DNA from: Candidatus Rokuibacteriota bacterium
Lineage (GTDB): Bacteria; Methylomirabilota; Methylomirabilia; Rokubacteriales; CSP1-6
Direction: 5' to 3'
NCBI GenBank assembly: GCA_016184305.1
Contig: JACPCX010000114.1
Coordinates: forward strand, 1-21,723
DNA length: 21,723 nt
In this document: positions 1 to 7,430 of the stretch, one piece after another
How the letters are laid out: every line of letters begins with the position of its first letter
How positions within the stretch are numbered: position 1 is the first letter of the stretch
The notes under the pieces: generated by a model
Database searches by the model: none
What the model was told of the DNA's origin: nothing
Seen by the model: only the letters and a program-made list of their open reading frames with translations
Position numbers and translations under genes: made by a program

Positions 1-1
1 C

Positions 2-319
2 GCCGCTGAGAACCACGGCGCCGATCCCGATGCGCACGTTGTCCATGATGGTGCAGGCGTGGACCACGCACCGGTGGCCGATGGTCACCCCGGCGCCGAT
101 GATGCACGGGAACTGCGGCGTCACGTGGAGGACCGAGCTGTCCTGGACATTGGTGTTCCGGCCGACGGTAACGTGGTTGTCCTGATCGCCGCGCACCACC
201 GTGAAGGGCCAGATGCTGGCGCCCTCCTCGATCGACACGTCGCCGATCACCTGGGCGGCGATGTCCACGTACGCGTCCGGATGCACGCGCGGCGTCCGGC
301 CGGGCACCTCGCGGATCAC
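2..319 (-). CDS. Gamma carbonic anhydrase family (left-handed beta-helix, YrdA/PaaY/CaiE-like) protein, runs off the left edge
   Basis: Not in the ORF track; translated by hand from GTG at 319, adjacent to the CoA-transferase stop: MIREVPGRTPRVHPDAYVDIAAQVIGDVSIEEGASIWPFTVVRGD...NTNVQDSSVLHV...GVTIGHRCVVHACTI. Hexapeptide repeats, RGD, NxQD and the three metal-ligand His are present. Confidence 0.9.
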   Translation of the reverse strand, partial: MIREVPGRTPRVHPDAYVDIAAQVIGDVSIEEGASIWPFTVVRGDQDNHVTVGRNTNVQDSSVLHVTPQFPCIIGAGVTIGHRCVVHACTIMDNVRIGIGAVVLSG

Positions 320-1534
320 CTAGATGACCCCCTGGGCGCGCAGGTCCGCGATGGCGGCGGCGCCGTAGCCAAGCTCGCCGAGGATGGCGTCGTTGTCCTC
401 GCCCAGGAGCGGAGGAGCCTTGCGGAGCGCGGCCGGCGACCGCGACAGCTTGACCGGGTTGCCGAGCGCCTTCACGCGCCCCACCTGCGGATGCTCGTAC
501 TCCTGCACCATGCCGCGTGCCTGCGCGTGCGGGTCGGCGAGCGCCTCGGGAACGGTGTAGATGGGCCCGGCGGGGATCCCCGCCTCCTCGCACCCGGCGA
601 GCCAGTGGGCCCGTGACTTGTGGCGCGTCACCTCTTCCACCAGCGCCTCCAGCGCGGCCCGGTTCTTCACCCGGTCGCCGACGGTCTTGAAGCGTGGATC
701 GTCCACCAGGGGCTCGAGGCCGAGCAGCCCGGCGAACAGCGGCCAGAGCTTGCTGTTGGCGGCGCCCACCGTGAAGTGGCCGTCGCTGGCCCGGAAGGCC
801 TGGTAGGGCGCGTTGAGGCGATGGGCCGTGCCGAGTCGCCTGGGGATCTGGCCCGTGTACCAGTACTCGGTCGCCTCCCACGCCGACAGCGCGAGCCCCG
901 CCTCGAAGAGCGACGTGTCCACGAGCTGGCCTCGGCCCGTCACGCGGCGCGCCCGCACCGCGCAGAGGATGCCGAAGACGGCGAAGAGACCCGCGCCGAG
1001 ATCGGTGATGGGCACGCCCACCTTCACGGGCGGCCCCCCCTCGCTGCCGGTGGCGCTCATGATGCCGCTCATGCCCTGGGCCACGAGGTCGAAGCCACCG
1101 CGAGTCGCGTAGGGGCCCGTCTGGCCGAAGCTCGAGATGGAGCAGCAGATGAGGCGCGGGTTGAGCGCCGCGAGCGTGTCGTAGTCGACGCCCAGGCGCC
1201 GCGCCACCCCGGGCCGGTAGCTCTCGACGAGGATGTCCGCCGTCGCCGCGAGCTTCCGGAGGATGGCGACGCCCTCGGGCTGCTCGAGGTCGAGGGTGAT
1301 GCCGCGCTTGTTGCGGTTGACGGCGAGGAAGGAGGCGGACACGCCGGGCGCGATGGACAGCTCGGGCCGACAGCTATGCTCGCCCTCGGGGGGCTCGACC
1401 TTGATGACCTCGGCCCCCATGTCGCCGAGCAGCATGCTGCAGAAGGGCCCGGCCATGACCTGGGTCTGGTCGATCACGCGCAGGCCCTGGAGCGCAGCCG
1501 TCACTGCGCCGTGCGTCGTCCCGTCGGTCGTCAT
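320..1534 (-). CDS. Family III CoA-transferase (CaiB/BaiF/Frc-like)
   Basis: LQGLRVID..AGP...LGDMGAEVIKVEPP, NRNKR, YRPG, FGQTGP, catalytic Asp in GVPITDLG, C-terminal PPLLGE. Confidence 0.93.
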   Translation of the reverse strand: MTTDGTTHGAVTAALQGLRVIDQTQVMAGPFCSMLLGDMGAEVIKVEPPEGEHSCRPELSIAPGVSASFLAVNRNKRGITLDLEQPEGVAILRKLAATADILVESYRPGVARRLGVDYDTLAALNPRLICCSISSFGQTGPYATRGGFDLVAQGMSGIMSATGSEGGPPVKVGVPITDLGAGLFAVFGILCAVRARRVTGRGQLVDTSLFEAGLALSAWEATEYWYTGQIPRRLGTAHRLNAPYQAFRASDGHFTVGAANSKLWPLFAGLLGLEPLVDDPRFKTVGDRVKNRAALEALVEEVTRHKSRAHWLAGCEEAGIPAGPIYTVPEALADPHAQARGMVQEYEHPQVGRVKALGNPVKLSRSPAALRKAPPLLGEDNDAILGELGYGAAAIADLRAQGVI

Positions 1535-1611
1535 TGGCGAACCCGCCGTAGGCTAGCACAGGTGCATGGAGTATGGAACCGAGGCCGGTGTCGCGAGGTA
1601 GAATAGGTTCT

Positions 1612-2403
1612 GTGAACACCCCTGATCCGAGTCATGAGGTGCTCGTGAGGCGTGACGGCCCCATCGTCACCCTCACCTTCAACCGCCCCGAGGCACGCAA
1701 CGCCATGACGTGGGGCATGTACGAGCGGCTCTACCAGACCTGCGAGGAGGTGGACGCCGACGACTCGATCCGCGTCCTCGTGCTCAGGGGGGCCGGGGGC
1801 AAGGCCTTCGTGGCGGGCACCGACATCAGCCAGTTCACGAAGTTCGAGACCGCGGAGGACGGGCTCCGCTACGAGCGCGACGGCGACCAGCGCTCGGGGC
1901 GGATCGGCCGCGTCAAGAAGCCCGTCATTGCCCAGATCCAGGGATTCGCCGTCGGCGGCGGCTTCGGCATCGCCGCGGGCGCCGACATCCGCATCGCGAC
2001 GCCGGATGCCCGCTTCGGCGCGCCCATCGCCCGCACCCTCGGCAACTGCCTCTCGATGCGGGCGTACGCCCGCTACATGGATCTCATCGGCCCCTCGCGC
2101 CTCAAGGAGCTGATCCTCACCGCCCGGCTCCTCTCGGCCGACGAGGCACTGTCCGCCGGCTTCGTCCACGAGGTCGTGCCCGCCGACCGGATCGAGGCGC
2201 GCGTCCGCGAGGTGGCCGAGACCGTCGCCTCGCATGCGCCGATCACGCTCCGGGTCACCAAGGAAGCGATCCGGCGCCTGCAGGAGTCGCGCCCCCTGCC
2301 CGACGGCGACGACCTCATCGCCACGACCTACGGCAGCGCCGACTTCCACGAGGGTGTTCGCGCCTTCCTGGAGAAGCGCCCGCCGCGCTGGACCGGCACG
2401 TAG
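1612..2403 (+). CDS. Enoyl-CoA hydratase/isomerase (crotonase) family protein
   Basis: LTFNRPEARNA, AFVAGTDI, AVGGG, FGAPIARTLGNC, DFHEGVRAFLEKR. GTG 1612 chosen as start; the in-frame ATG at 1573 is an alternative. Confidence 0.9.
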   Translation: MNTPDPSHEVLVRRDGPIVTLTFNRPEARNAMTWGMYERLYQTCEEVDADDSIRVLVLRGAGGKAFVAGTDISQFTKFETAEDGLRYERDGDQRSGRIGRVKKPVIAQIQGFAVGGGFGIAAGADIRIATPDARFGAPIARTLGNCLSMRAYARYMDLIGPSRLKELILTARLLSADEALSAGFVHEVVPADRIEARVREVAETVASHAPITLRVTKEAIRRLQESRPLPDGDDLIATTYGSADFHEGVRAFLEKRPPRWTGT

Positions 2404-2624
2404 CGGCGGTCGCGCCACCGGCGGCCACCCGTGGCGGGAATACCCGTACGGGGCCATGGGTCCGCACCGCTCCTGGGAGCACCTCCAGGAGTGCTACATG
2501 GTCGGCTCACCCTGCATAGTCCATCGCAACCGGACGGCGCGCTGCCGCATCCAAAGGTGCGGGGCGCCCTCACGCCCCGCCGGAACCCACGCTGCAGCGA
2601 ACCCATGACGCGGAGGGACATGCG

Positions 2625-3134
2625 ATGGCTGGAAAGATCGCGAGCGAGCTCAAGGCCAAGACCGACGAGAGCTGGGCCACCCTGACCGGCCAGCTCCAGG
2701 GCATGGAGCCCCACCTGGAGCGGTCCGACGCGCCCGGCGAGTGGACCACCCGCCAGGTGCTCTGCCATCTCCTGTTCGAGCCGGGCTGGCAGCCCGCGGA
2801 CTTCCTCAGGCAGTTCTCCGAGCGCGATCTGCCCCACCGCGAGATCGTGCCCGGCCTGGCGGACGTGACGCCCGAGCGCAAGACGATGACCCTCACGCAG
2901 CTCACCGACGCCCTCGACGCCCAGCGGCGTGCCATCTTCGCCTACGTGGACACGCTCAGCGACGCCGAGCTCCAGGGCCGGAAGGCCCGCATCCCGCTCT
3001 TCAAGCAGATCCAGGGCAGCGAGGAGGTCCCCATCGCCGTCTATGTCGGCGCGCTCTTCGGCTACCACTGGGCCGACCACGCCGGGCAGCTCGCGAAGAT
3101 CCGCAAGGCGGCAGGCCTGGCGGACGCGACGTAG
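2625..3134 (+). CDS. DinB/YfiT-like four-helix metalloprotein (DinB_2/MDMPI_N family)
   Basis: GEWTTRQVLCHLL and HWADHAGQL supply the family's three-His metal site; GGAGG RBS upstream. Confidence 0.8.
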   Translation: MAGKIASELKAKTDESWATLTGQLQGMEPHLERSDAPGEWTTRQVLCHLLFEPGWQPADFLRQFSERDLPHREIVPGLADVTPERKTMTLTQLTDALDAQRRAIFAYVDTLSDAELQGRKARIPLFKQIQGSEEVPIAVYVGALFGYHWADHAGQLAKIRKAAGLADAT

Positions 3135-3150
3135 CGGCGGGGGCCGGCCA

Positions 3151-3261
3151 TTGTCTCTGGTCCACGCCAATGTCCCCGACGCCCACGCCGCCGGCATCAC
3201 CCGCGGCTGGCACACGTACTACTGGACCCCCTGGCGGGCATACCTGCGGGGATCGAGCTGA
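3151..3261 (+). pseudogene. Relic C-terminus of an SRPBCC/AHSA1 (Aha1-like START-fold) protein
   Basis: LSLVHANVPDAHAAGITRGWHTYYWTPWRAYL resembles the final strand and GWxxYW helix of AHSA1-type proteins. No N-terminal part and no RBS; it starts 16 nt after the DinB stop. Confidence 0.6.
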
Positions 3262-3358
3262 TGGCGCGCATCGACTGGAGCTACCACCGGCCCGGCTGAC
3301 AGACCTGCGCCAAGACGCAAGGGTTCCTTACCCGGGGCAAGGAGGTGAGTCGGGCGCC

Positions 3359-3398
3359 TTGACCCGGGAGCGCGAGGGTCTTACTCTTACCGGTAAGA
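3359..3398 (+). promoter_or_regulatory. Sigma70-type vapBC promoter with overlapping palindromic operator
   Basis: TTGACC (3359-3364), 17 nt, TACTCT (3382-3387). A perfect 14-bp palindrome TCTTACCGGTAAGA (3385-3398) overlaps the -10/+1 region. Confidence 0.7.
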
Positions 3399-3422
3399 CT
3401 CCACCGCCCAAGGGAGGTCGCG

Positions 3423-3650
3423 ATGCGGATCACGAGCAAGGGGCAGGTGACGATTCCGCTGGCCATTCGACGTAAGGCCGGGCTCTTGCCGGCGACCGAG
3501 GTGGAGTTCCACCTGCGGGGGCACACCGTCGTTCTTCGCAGAGCAAGGACCACCGGAAGGCGGGGCGGCCGCCTCCTGGATTCCATGCGAGGAAGGGCCA
3601 CCACCCGGCTGACCACCGACCAGATCATGGCCCTGACGCGCCCCCGGTAG
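3423..3650 (+). CDS. vapB: AbrB/MazE/SpoVT-family antitoxin (VapB)
   Basis: MRITSKGQVTIPLAIRRKAGL swapped-hairpin signature; GGGAGG RBS; directly upstream of a PIN toxin. Confidence 0.9.
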   Translation: MRITSKGQVTIPLAIRRKAGLLPATEVEFHLRGHTVVLRRARTTGRRGGRLLDSMRGRATTRLTTDQIMALTRPR

Positions 3651-3659
3651 ACCGGCCTC

Positions 3660-4064
3660 ATGCGCGAGATCCTCGTCGACAGCAACGTCATTCTCGACGT
3701 TGTGACGGAGGACACGACGTGGTTCGAGTGGTCATCGGGGCAGATCGCGCGCCTGGCCGAAGACCATGTGCTCGTGATCAATCCCATCGTGTACTCCGAG
3801 GTCTCGGTCGGCTTCGAGCGCATCGAGGAGGTCGACTCTGCGCTGCCGGTAGACTTCTTCCGGCGGGAAGCCCTGCCCTGGGAGGCGGCGTTCCTGGCGG
3901 CCAAGTGTTTCCTGAGATATCGGCGGGCGGGCGGCCGGAAGCGCTCTCCACTCCCCGACTTCTACGTGGGAGCCCACGCGGCGGTACGCGGACTGCCGCT
4001 CCTCACACGCGATGCGCGGCGCTACCGCACCTACTTCCCGAGGCTGACGCTGGTCGCGCCCTGA
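3660..4064 (+). CDS. vapC: PIN-domain ribonuclease toxin (VapC)
   Basis: ILVDSNV, YSEV, LPDFYVGAHA and LLTRD carry the PIN acidic residues; 134 aa. Confidence 0.92.
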   Translation: MREILVDSNVILDVVTEDTTWFEWSSGQIARLAEDHVLVINPIVYSEVSVGFERIEEVDSALPVDFFRREALPWEAAFLAAKCFLRYRRAGGRKRSPLPDFYVGAHAAVRGLPLLTRDARRYRTYFPRLTLVAP

Positions 4065-4090
4065 GAGGCTGTGGCTGACGGAGGGCCGGC

Positions 4091-4190
4091 GTGAGCTGCC
4101 CGCGCTGCCGGCCGGACCATTCTCTCCATGCCCGGTTCTGCCTCGGCTGCGGGGCGCGCTTGGCCCCGACCTGCGCCCAGTGCCGCGATA
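4091..4190 (+). pseudogene. Truncated double-zinc-ribbon (DZR) N-terminus
   Basis: GGAGGG RBS, GTG start, MSCPRCRPDHSLHARFCLGCGARLAPTCAQC. It has three of the four CxxC pairs of a DZR, then degrades and runs into the convergent gene at 4213. Confidence 0.55.
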
Positions 4191-4212
4191 CTGCTCCGGC
4201 GACGCGGGGCCG

Positions 4213-4551
4213 TCAAGCGCCCCGGACGCCGTTATCCTCCGCCGCAACCGGGGAGAGGGACTCTGCCGTGGACAGCGCGCGCGCCGCATCGAGCGTCCGG
4301 CCGGCGGCCAGGAGCGCGAGGACGTGGAGGCGCCGGCCTCGGGGCGTGGCGTGAAGACGGCACGCGGCGCCGGCCAGCCCGCACGCGTCAGGCCCGCGGC
4401 CGGCTTCGAGCGCCGCGCGCCCGGCCTCGCGGAGTTGCCAGGCCCGGGCCGCCACGCCCATGAGCGGGGCGAGGTCCGTCCCGCAGCGTGGGCACGCGCT
4501 CACGCCACGCCAGGGCGCGCGACAGGTGGGGCAGCGCAGGGGCTCGCTCAC
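4213..4551 (-). CDS. Small Zn-ribbon (CPTC-x9-CPRC) plus TPR-like helical protein, last gene of the Hsp70 operon
   Basis: MSEPLRCPTCRAPWRGVSACPRCGTDL followed by Ala/Leu-rich amphipathic helices; 16-nt G-rich gap after the Hsp70 stop. Confidence 0.75.
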   Translation of the reverse strand: MSEPLRCPTCRAPWRGVSACPRCGTDLAPLMGVAARAWQLREAGRAALEAGRGPDACGLAGAACRLHATPRGRRLHVLALLAAGRTLDAARALSTAESLSPVAAEDNGVRGA

Positions 4552-4567
4552 CCCGCCCCCCCCTCGC

Positions 4568-6487
4568 TCATCCTTCCTCGACGTAGAAGAGGAGGTCTGC
4601 CAGGTCGGCGGTGGCCGCGCGGAGCCTGTCCCAGTCCCCGCCGCTGATCGCCTTGTCGATCGCCTGCTGGAACATCACCGCCTCCTCGCGGTCCTCGGCG
4701 CTCATCCGGTCGTGGAGGCGGTGGCCCCGCTCGAGCAACGCGCGTGCCTCGGAGATCGAGACCCGTCGCTCGCGCTCGCCGCCGATCTCGTGCCCGGAGG
4801 ATCGGTCCCCGGCATCCGAGCGACGCCCGCGTTCGGTCTCGTCCGCGCGTCCGGCGGCGGGCCGGGATGAGCGACCGGCCGGAGCGGCCGGAGCCTCGGC
4901 GATGCCCGCGGCGTCGTCGACATCAGTGTCGTCGACATCGTCCTCGTCGAGGTCGGCCGGGGCGAGATTCTCGGCATCGCCGAAGAGGTTCAGCATGCGG
5001 CGCCGGGCTTCCGCGACCTGAGCGTCCGTCATCGCGGTCGTCGCGCCCTCGATGGTGATGTGCTTGGCGAGTCCGGTCCGCTTCTCGGTGGCCGTCACGC
5101 GCAGGATGCCGTCGAGGTCGAGATCCAGGCGGCAGAGGACCTCGTTGCCGGCGGGGACGGCCGAGAGCCCCTCGATCAGGAAGCGGCCGACCAGGATATT
5201 GTTGAGGGCGTTGGGATCGTCGCCCTGGTAGACGGACACCTGCCACGCCTCCTGGTTGTCGGCCATGGTGACATACGTGTCGGTCCGGCTGGCGGGGAAC
5301 GGCGTGTTGCGGGCGATGACCGGATGGTAGCAGTGCTCGGACGGCCGGCCGCCGAGGAGGCCGAAGTACGAGGGCCCGAACGAGTAGGGAGAGATGTCAA
5401 CGAGGACGCGGTCGATGTCGTGGCCGCCGAGGCGAGCGGCCAGCACGCCGGCCCCGAGGGCGACGCAGAGGTCGGGGTGAACCTCCTGGCGCGGGACCAG
5501 ACCCGTCTTCTCGCGCAGCAGCTCGGACAGAAGCGGCGTCCGGGTGGCGCCACCGACCAGCAGGATCTCGTCGACCTGATCGGGCTGCTTGCCGGCGTCG
5601 GCCAGGGCCCGGTGCACGCTGTCGAGCGTGCTCTCGACCAGGTGGCGGATCAGGCGCTCGTACTCCTCGCGCGACACCTCCAGGTCGAGGTGCACGGGCA
5701 CCCCGTCGCGCACGGCCAGATGCTCCTCCCTGAGGCGCGTGTAGGGCTCGAAGCTGAGCCGCTTCTTGGCCTCCTCGGCCGCGCGCAGGAGGCGGCTCAT
5801 CGCCCGGCGGTCGTCGCGGACGTCGGGGCCTCCGGTCGCGACGAACCGGGCGAGGACGAGGTCGAGCAGGAGCTGATCGAAATCGTCGCCGCCCAGGCGG
5901 TTATTGCCGTGGCTCGCGAGGACCTCGGTCACGTCGCCGGAGACCTGCACGAGGGACACGTCGAACGTGCCGCCGCCCAGGTCGTAGACCAGCACGGTGC
6001 GGTCGCCCTCGCGATCGGAGCCGTAGGCGAGCGCCGCCGCCGTCGGCTCGTTGAGGATGCGCACGACCTCGAGGCCCGCGATCTCGCCGGCGTCGCGGGT
6101 GGCCTGGCGCTGAGCGTCCGAGAAGTAGGCGGGCACCGTGATCACCGCCCGGCGCACCGGCGCGCCGAGCACTGCCTCGGCCCGGGCCTTGAGGGCGCGC
6201 AGGATCATCGCCGAGATCTCCGGCGGCGAGTACGTCGGCCCGCCCATGGCGACGCGCTCGCCGGAGCCCATCAGCCGCTTGATCGACTTGACGGTCCGCT
6301 CGGGATAGATCACGTATTGGTTGCGGGCCGGGGTGCCGACCAGCGGCGTGCCGTCGGGCGAGAGCCCCACGAACGAGGGCATGATCTGCTCGCCGTCGGC
6401 GGCGAGCACCTGGACATTGCCGTCCACGAGCGCCGCCACCTCGGAGTTCGTCGTCCCCAGATCGATCCCGACGATCACGTCAGCCAT
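4568..6487 (-). CDS. Hsp70 family chaperone, divergent DnaK paralog (639 aa)
   Basis: GIDLGTTNS, SIKRLMG, TVPAYF, RILNEPTAAA, YDLGGGTFDVS, LGGDDFD, LVGGATRTP, DNQ...VYQG. Start is ATG 6487 (MADVIVG), overlapping the grpE stop. Confidence 0.95.
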   Translation of the reverse strand: MADVIVGIDLGTTNSEVAALVDGNVQVLAADGEQIMPSFVGLSPDGTPLVGTPARNQYVIYPERTVKSIKRLMGSGERVAMGGPTYSPPEISAMILRALKARAEAVLGAPVRRAVITVPAYFSDAQRQATRDAGEIAGLEVVRILNEPTAAALAYGSDREGDRTVLVYDLGGGTFDVSLVQVSGDVTEVLASHGNNRLGGDDFDQLLLDLVLARFVATGGPDVRDDRRAMSRLLRAAEEAKKRLSFEPYTRLREEHLAVRDGVPVHLDLEVSREEYERLIRHLVESTLDSVHRALADAGKQPDQVDEILLVGGATRTPLLSELLREKTGLVPRQEVHPDLCVALGAGVLAARLGGHDIDRVLVDISPYSFGPSYFGLLGGRPSEHCYHPVIARNTPFPASRTDTYVTMADNQEAWQVSVYQGDDPNALNNILVGRFLIEGLSAVPAGNEVLCRLDLDLDGILRVTATEKRTGLAKHITIEGATTAMTDAQVAEARRRMLNLFGDAENLAPADLDEDDVDDTDVDDAAGIAEAPAAPAGRSSRPAAGRADETERGRRSDAGDRSSGHEIGGERERRVSISEARALLERGHRLHDRMSAEDREEAVMFQQAIDKAISGGDWDRLRAATADLADLLFYVEEG

Positions 6488-7430
6488 GGGATTCTCCCGT
6501 TGCCGCCGGCGGATTGCCGGCGACCTTGACCTCGGCAAAACGGAGCACCCTGCCATCGGCGGTGTAGCCCGGGCGGAACACCTCGAGCACCGTTCCCGCT
6601 GATGCCGCGGGGGTGGCCGCCACCTCCACCGCCCGCATTACCCGCGGGTCGAACGGCTTGCCCAGGGATGGGATCTCGTGGACGTCGAGCCGCTGGAGCG
6701 CGTCGTCGAGCCGCTCGAGCGCGAGCCCGTTGCCCTCGACCAGCGCCTCGAGCACGGGACGCTGCCCGAAGCGCGCCCGGAGCCCGCGGAGCCCGGCCAG
6801 CCGGCGGCGGGCCTCCTCGAGCCCGCGCGTGAAGCGATCGCGCACCTCCAGCAGCTCGGCCACCAGCTCGAGCCGCGCCTCGCGCCGGGCCTCGGCGAGC
6901 TTCTTCGCGACGGCATCCGGACTGCTGACACTCTCGGCGAGACGCGTGAGCGCTGCGCCGAGCTCGGCGTGCAGGCGATTGGTGGCGCGGCCCTGGAGCT
7001 GCGTCTCGCGGGTCAGCGCGGCGAGCTGGGCCAGCAGCGAGAACAGATCGGGGACCTGCTCGGGAGCCGGCATCGCCTCGGGCGCGAGCCCAGGAGGCGG
7101 CGGTTCCGCCTCGTCCAGCTCGTCGAGCCACGCCACGACCGACTCCAGGAAGACGCGGCGGCGCTCGGGATCGCGCAGGCTTGCGGGGCGACGTTCACCG
7201 GGGCCGCTCGCGGGACTCGTCGTCTCCTCTCGCTCTGCGACTGGGTCGGCCCGGCCCTCGTGATCGCTCGCCTCGTGCTGCGGCCCACTCGCGTCTGAGG
7301 GCGTGAAGGAATCGGCGCGTGGAATCTCGGTGAAGGGTGGTGGCTGGGGGAGTCCGAGCGGGGCGACGACCCCTTCGAACGAGCAATCCGGCGCCGCTCC
7401 CTCCGACGTTGACTCCCTCGACTCGCTCAT
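6480..7430 (-). CDS. grpE: GrpE-like nucleotide exchange factor with long N-terminal extension
   Basis: LLEVRDRFTRGL, GKPFDPRVMRAV and VLEVFRPGY..GRVLRFAEVKV match the GrpE helical bundle and beta domain; ATGA overlap with the J-domain gene. Confidence 0.88.
   Translation of the reverse strand: MSESRESTSEGAAPDCSFEGVVAPLGLPQPPPFTEIPRADSFTPSDASGPQHEASDHEGRADPVAEREETTSPASGPGERRPASLRDPERRRVFLESVVAWLDELDEAEPPPPGLAPEAMPAPEQVPDLFSLLAQLAALTRETQLQGRATNRLHAELGAALTRLAESVSSPDAVAKKLAEARREARLELVAELLEVRDRFTRGLEEARRRLAGLRGLRARFGQRPVLEALVEGNGLALERLDDALQRLDVHEIPSLGKPFDPRVMRAVEVAATPAASAGTVLEVFRPGYTADGRVLRFAEVKVAGNPPAATGESHG

Noticed and set aside
2478..2497. CIRCE-like sequence AGCACCTC-cag-GAGTGCTAC
   Set aside because: The right arm resembles CIRCE, but the spacer is 3 nt rather than 9, the left arm is imperfect, and it is not upstream of the chaperone operon.
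4091..4354. Intact 87-aa zinc-finger gene
   Set aside because: The protein-like pattern stops after the third CxxC and the rest overlaps the convergent gene, so it is treated as a relic.
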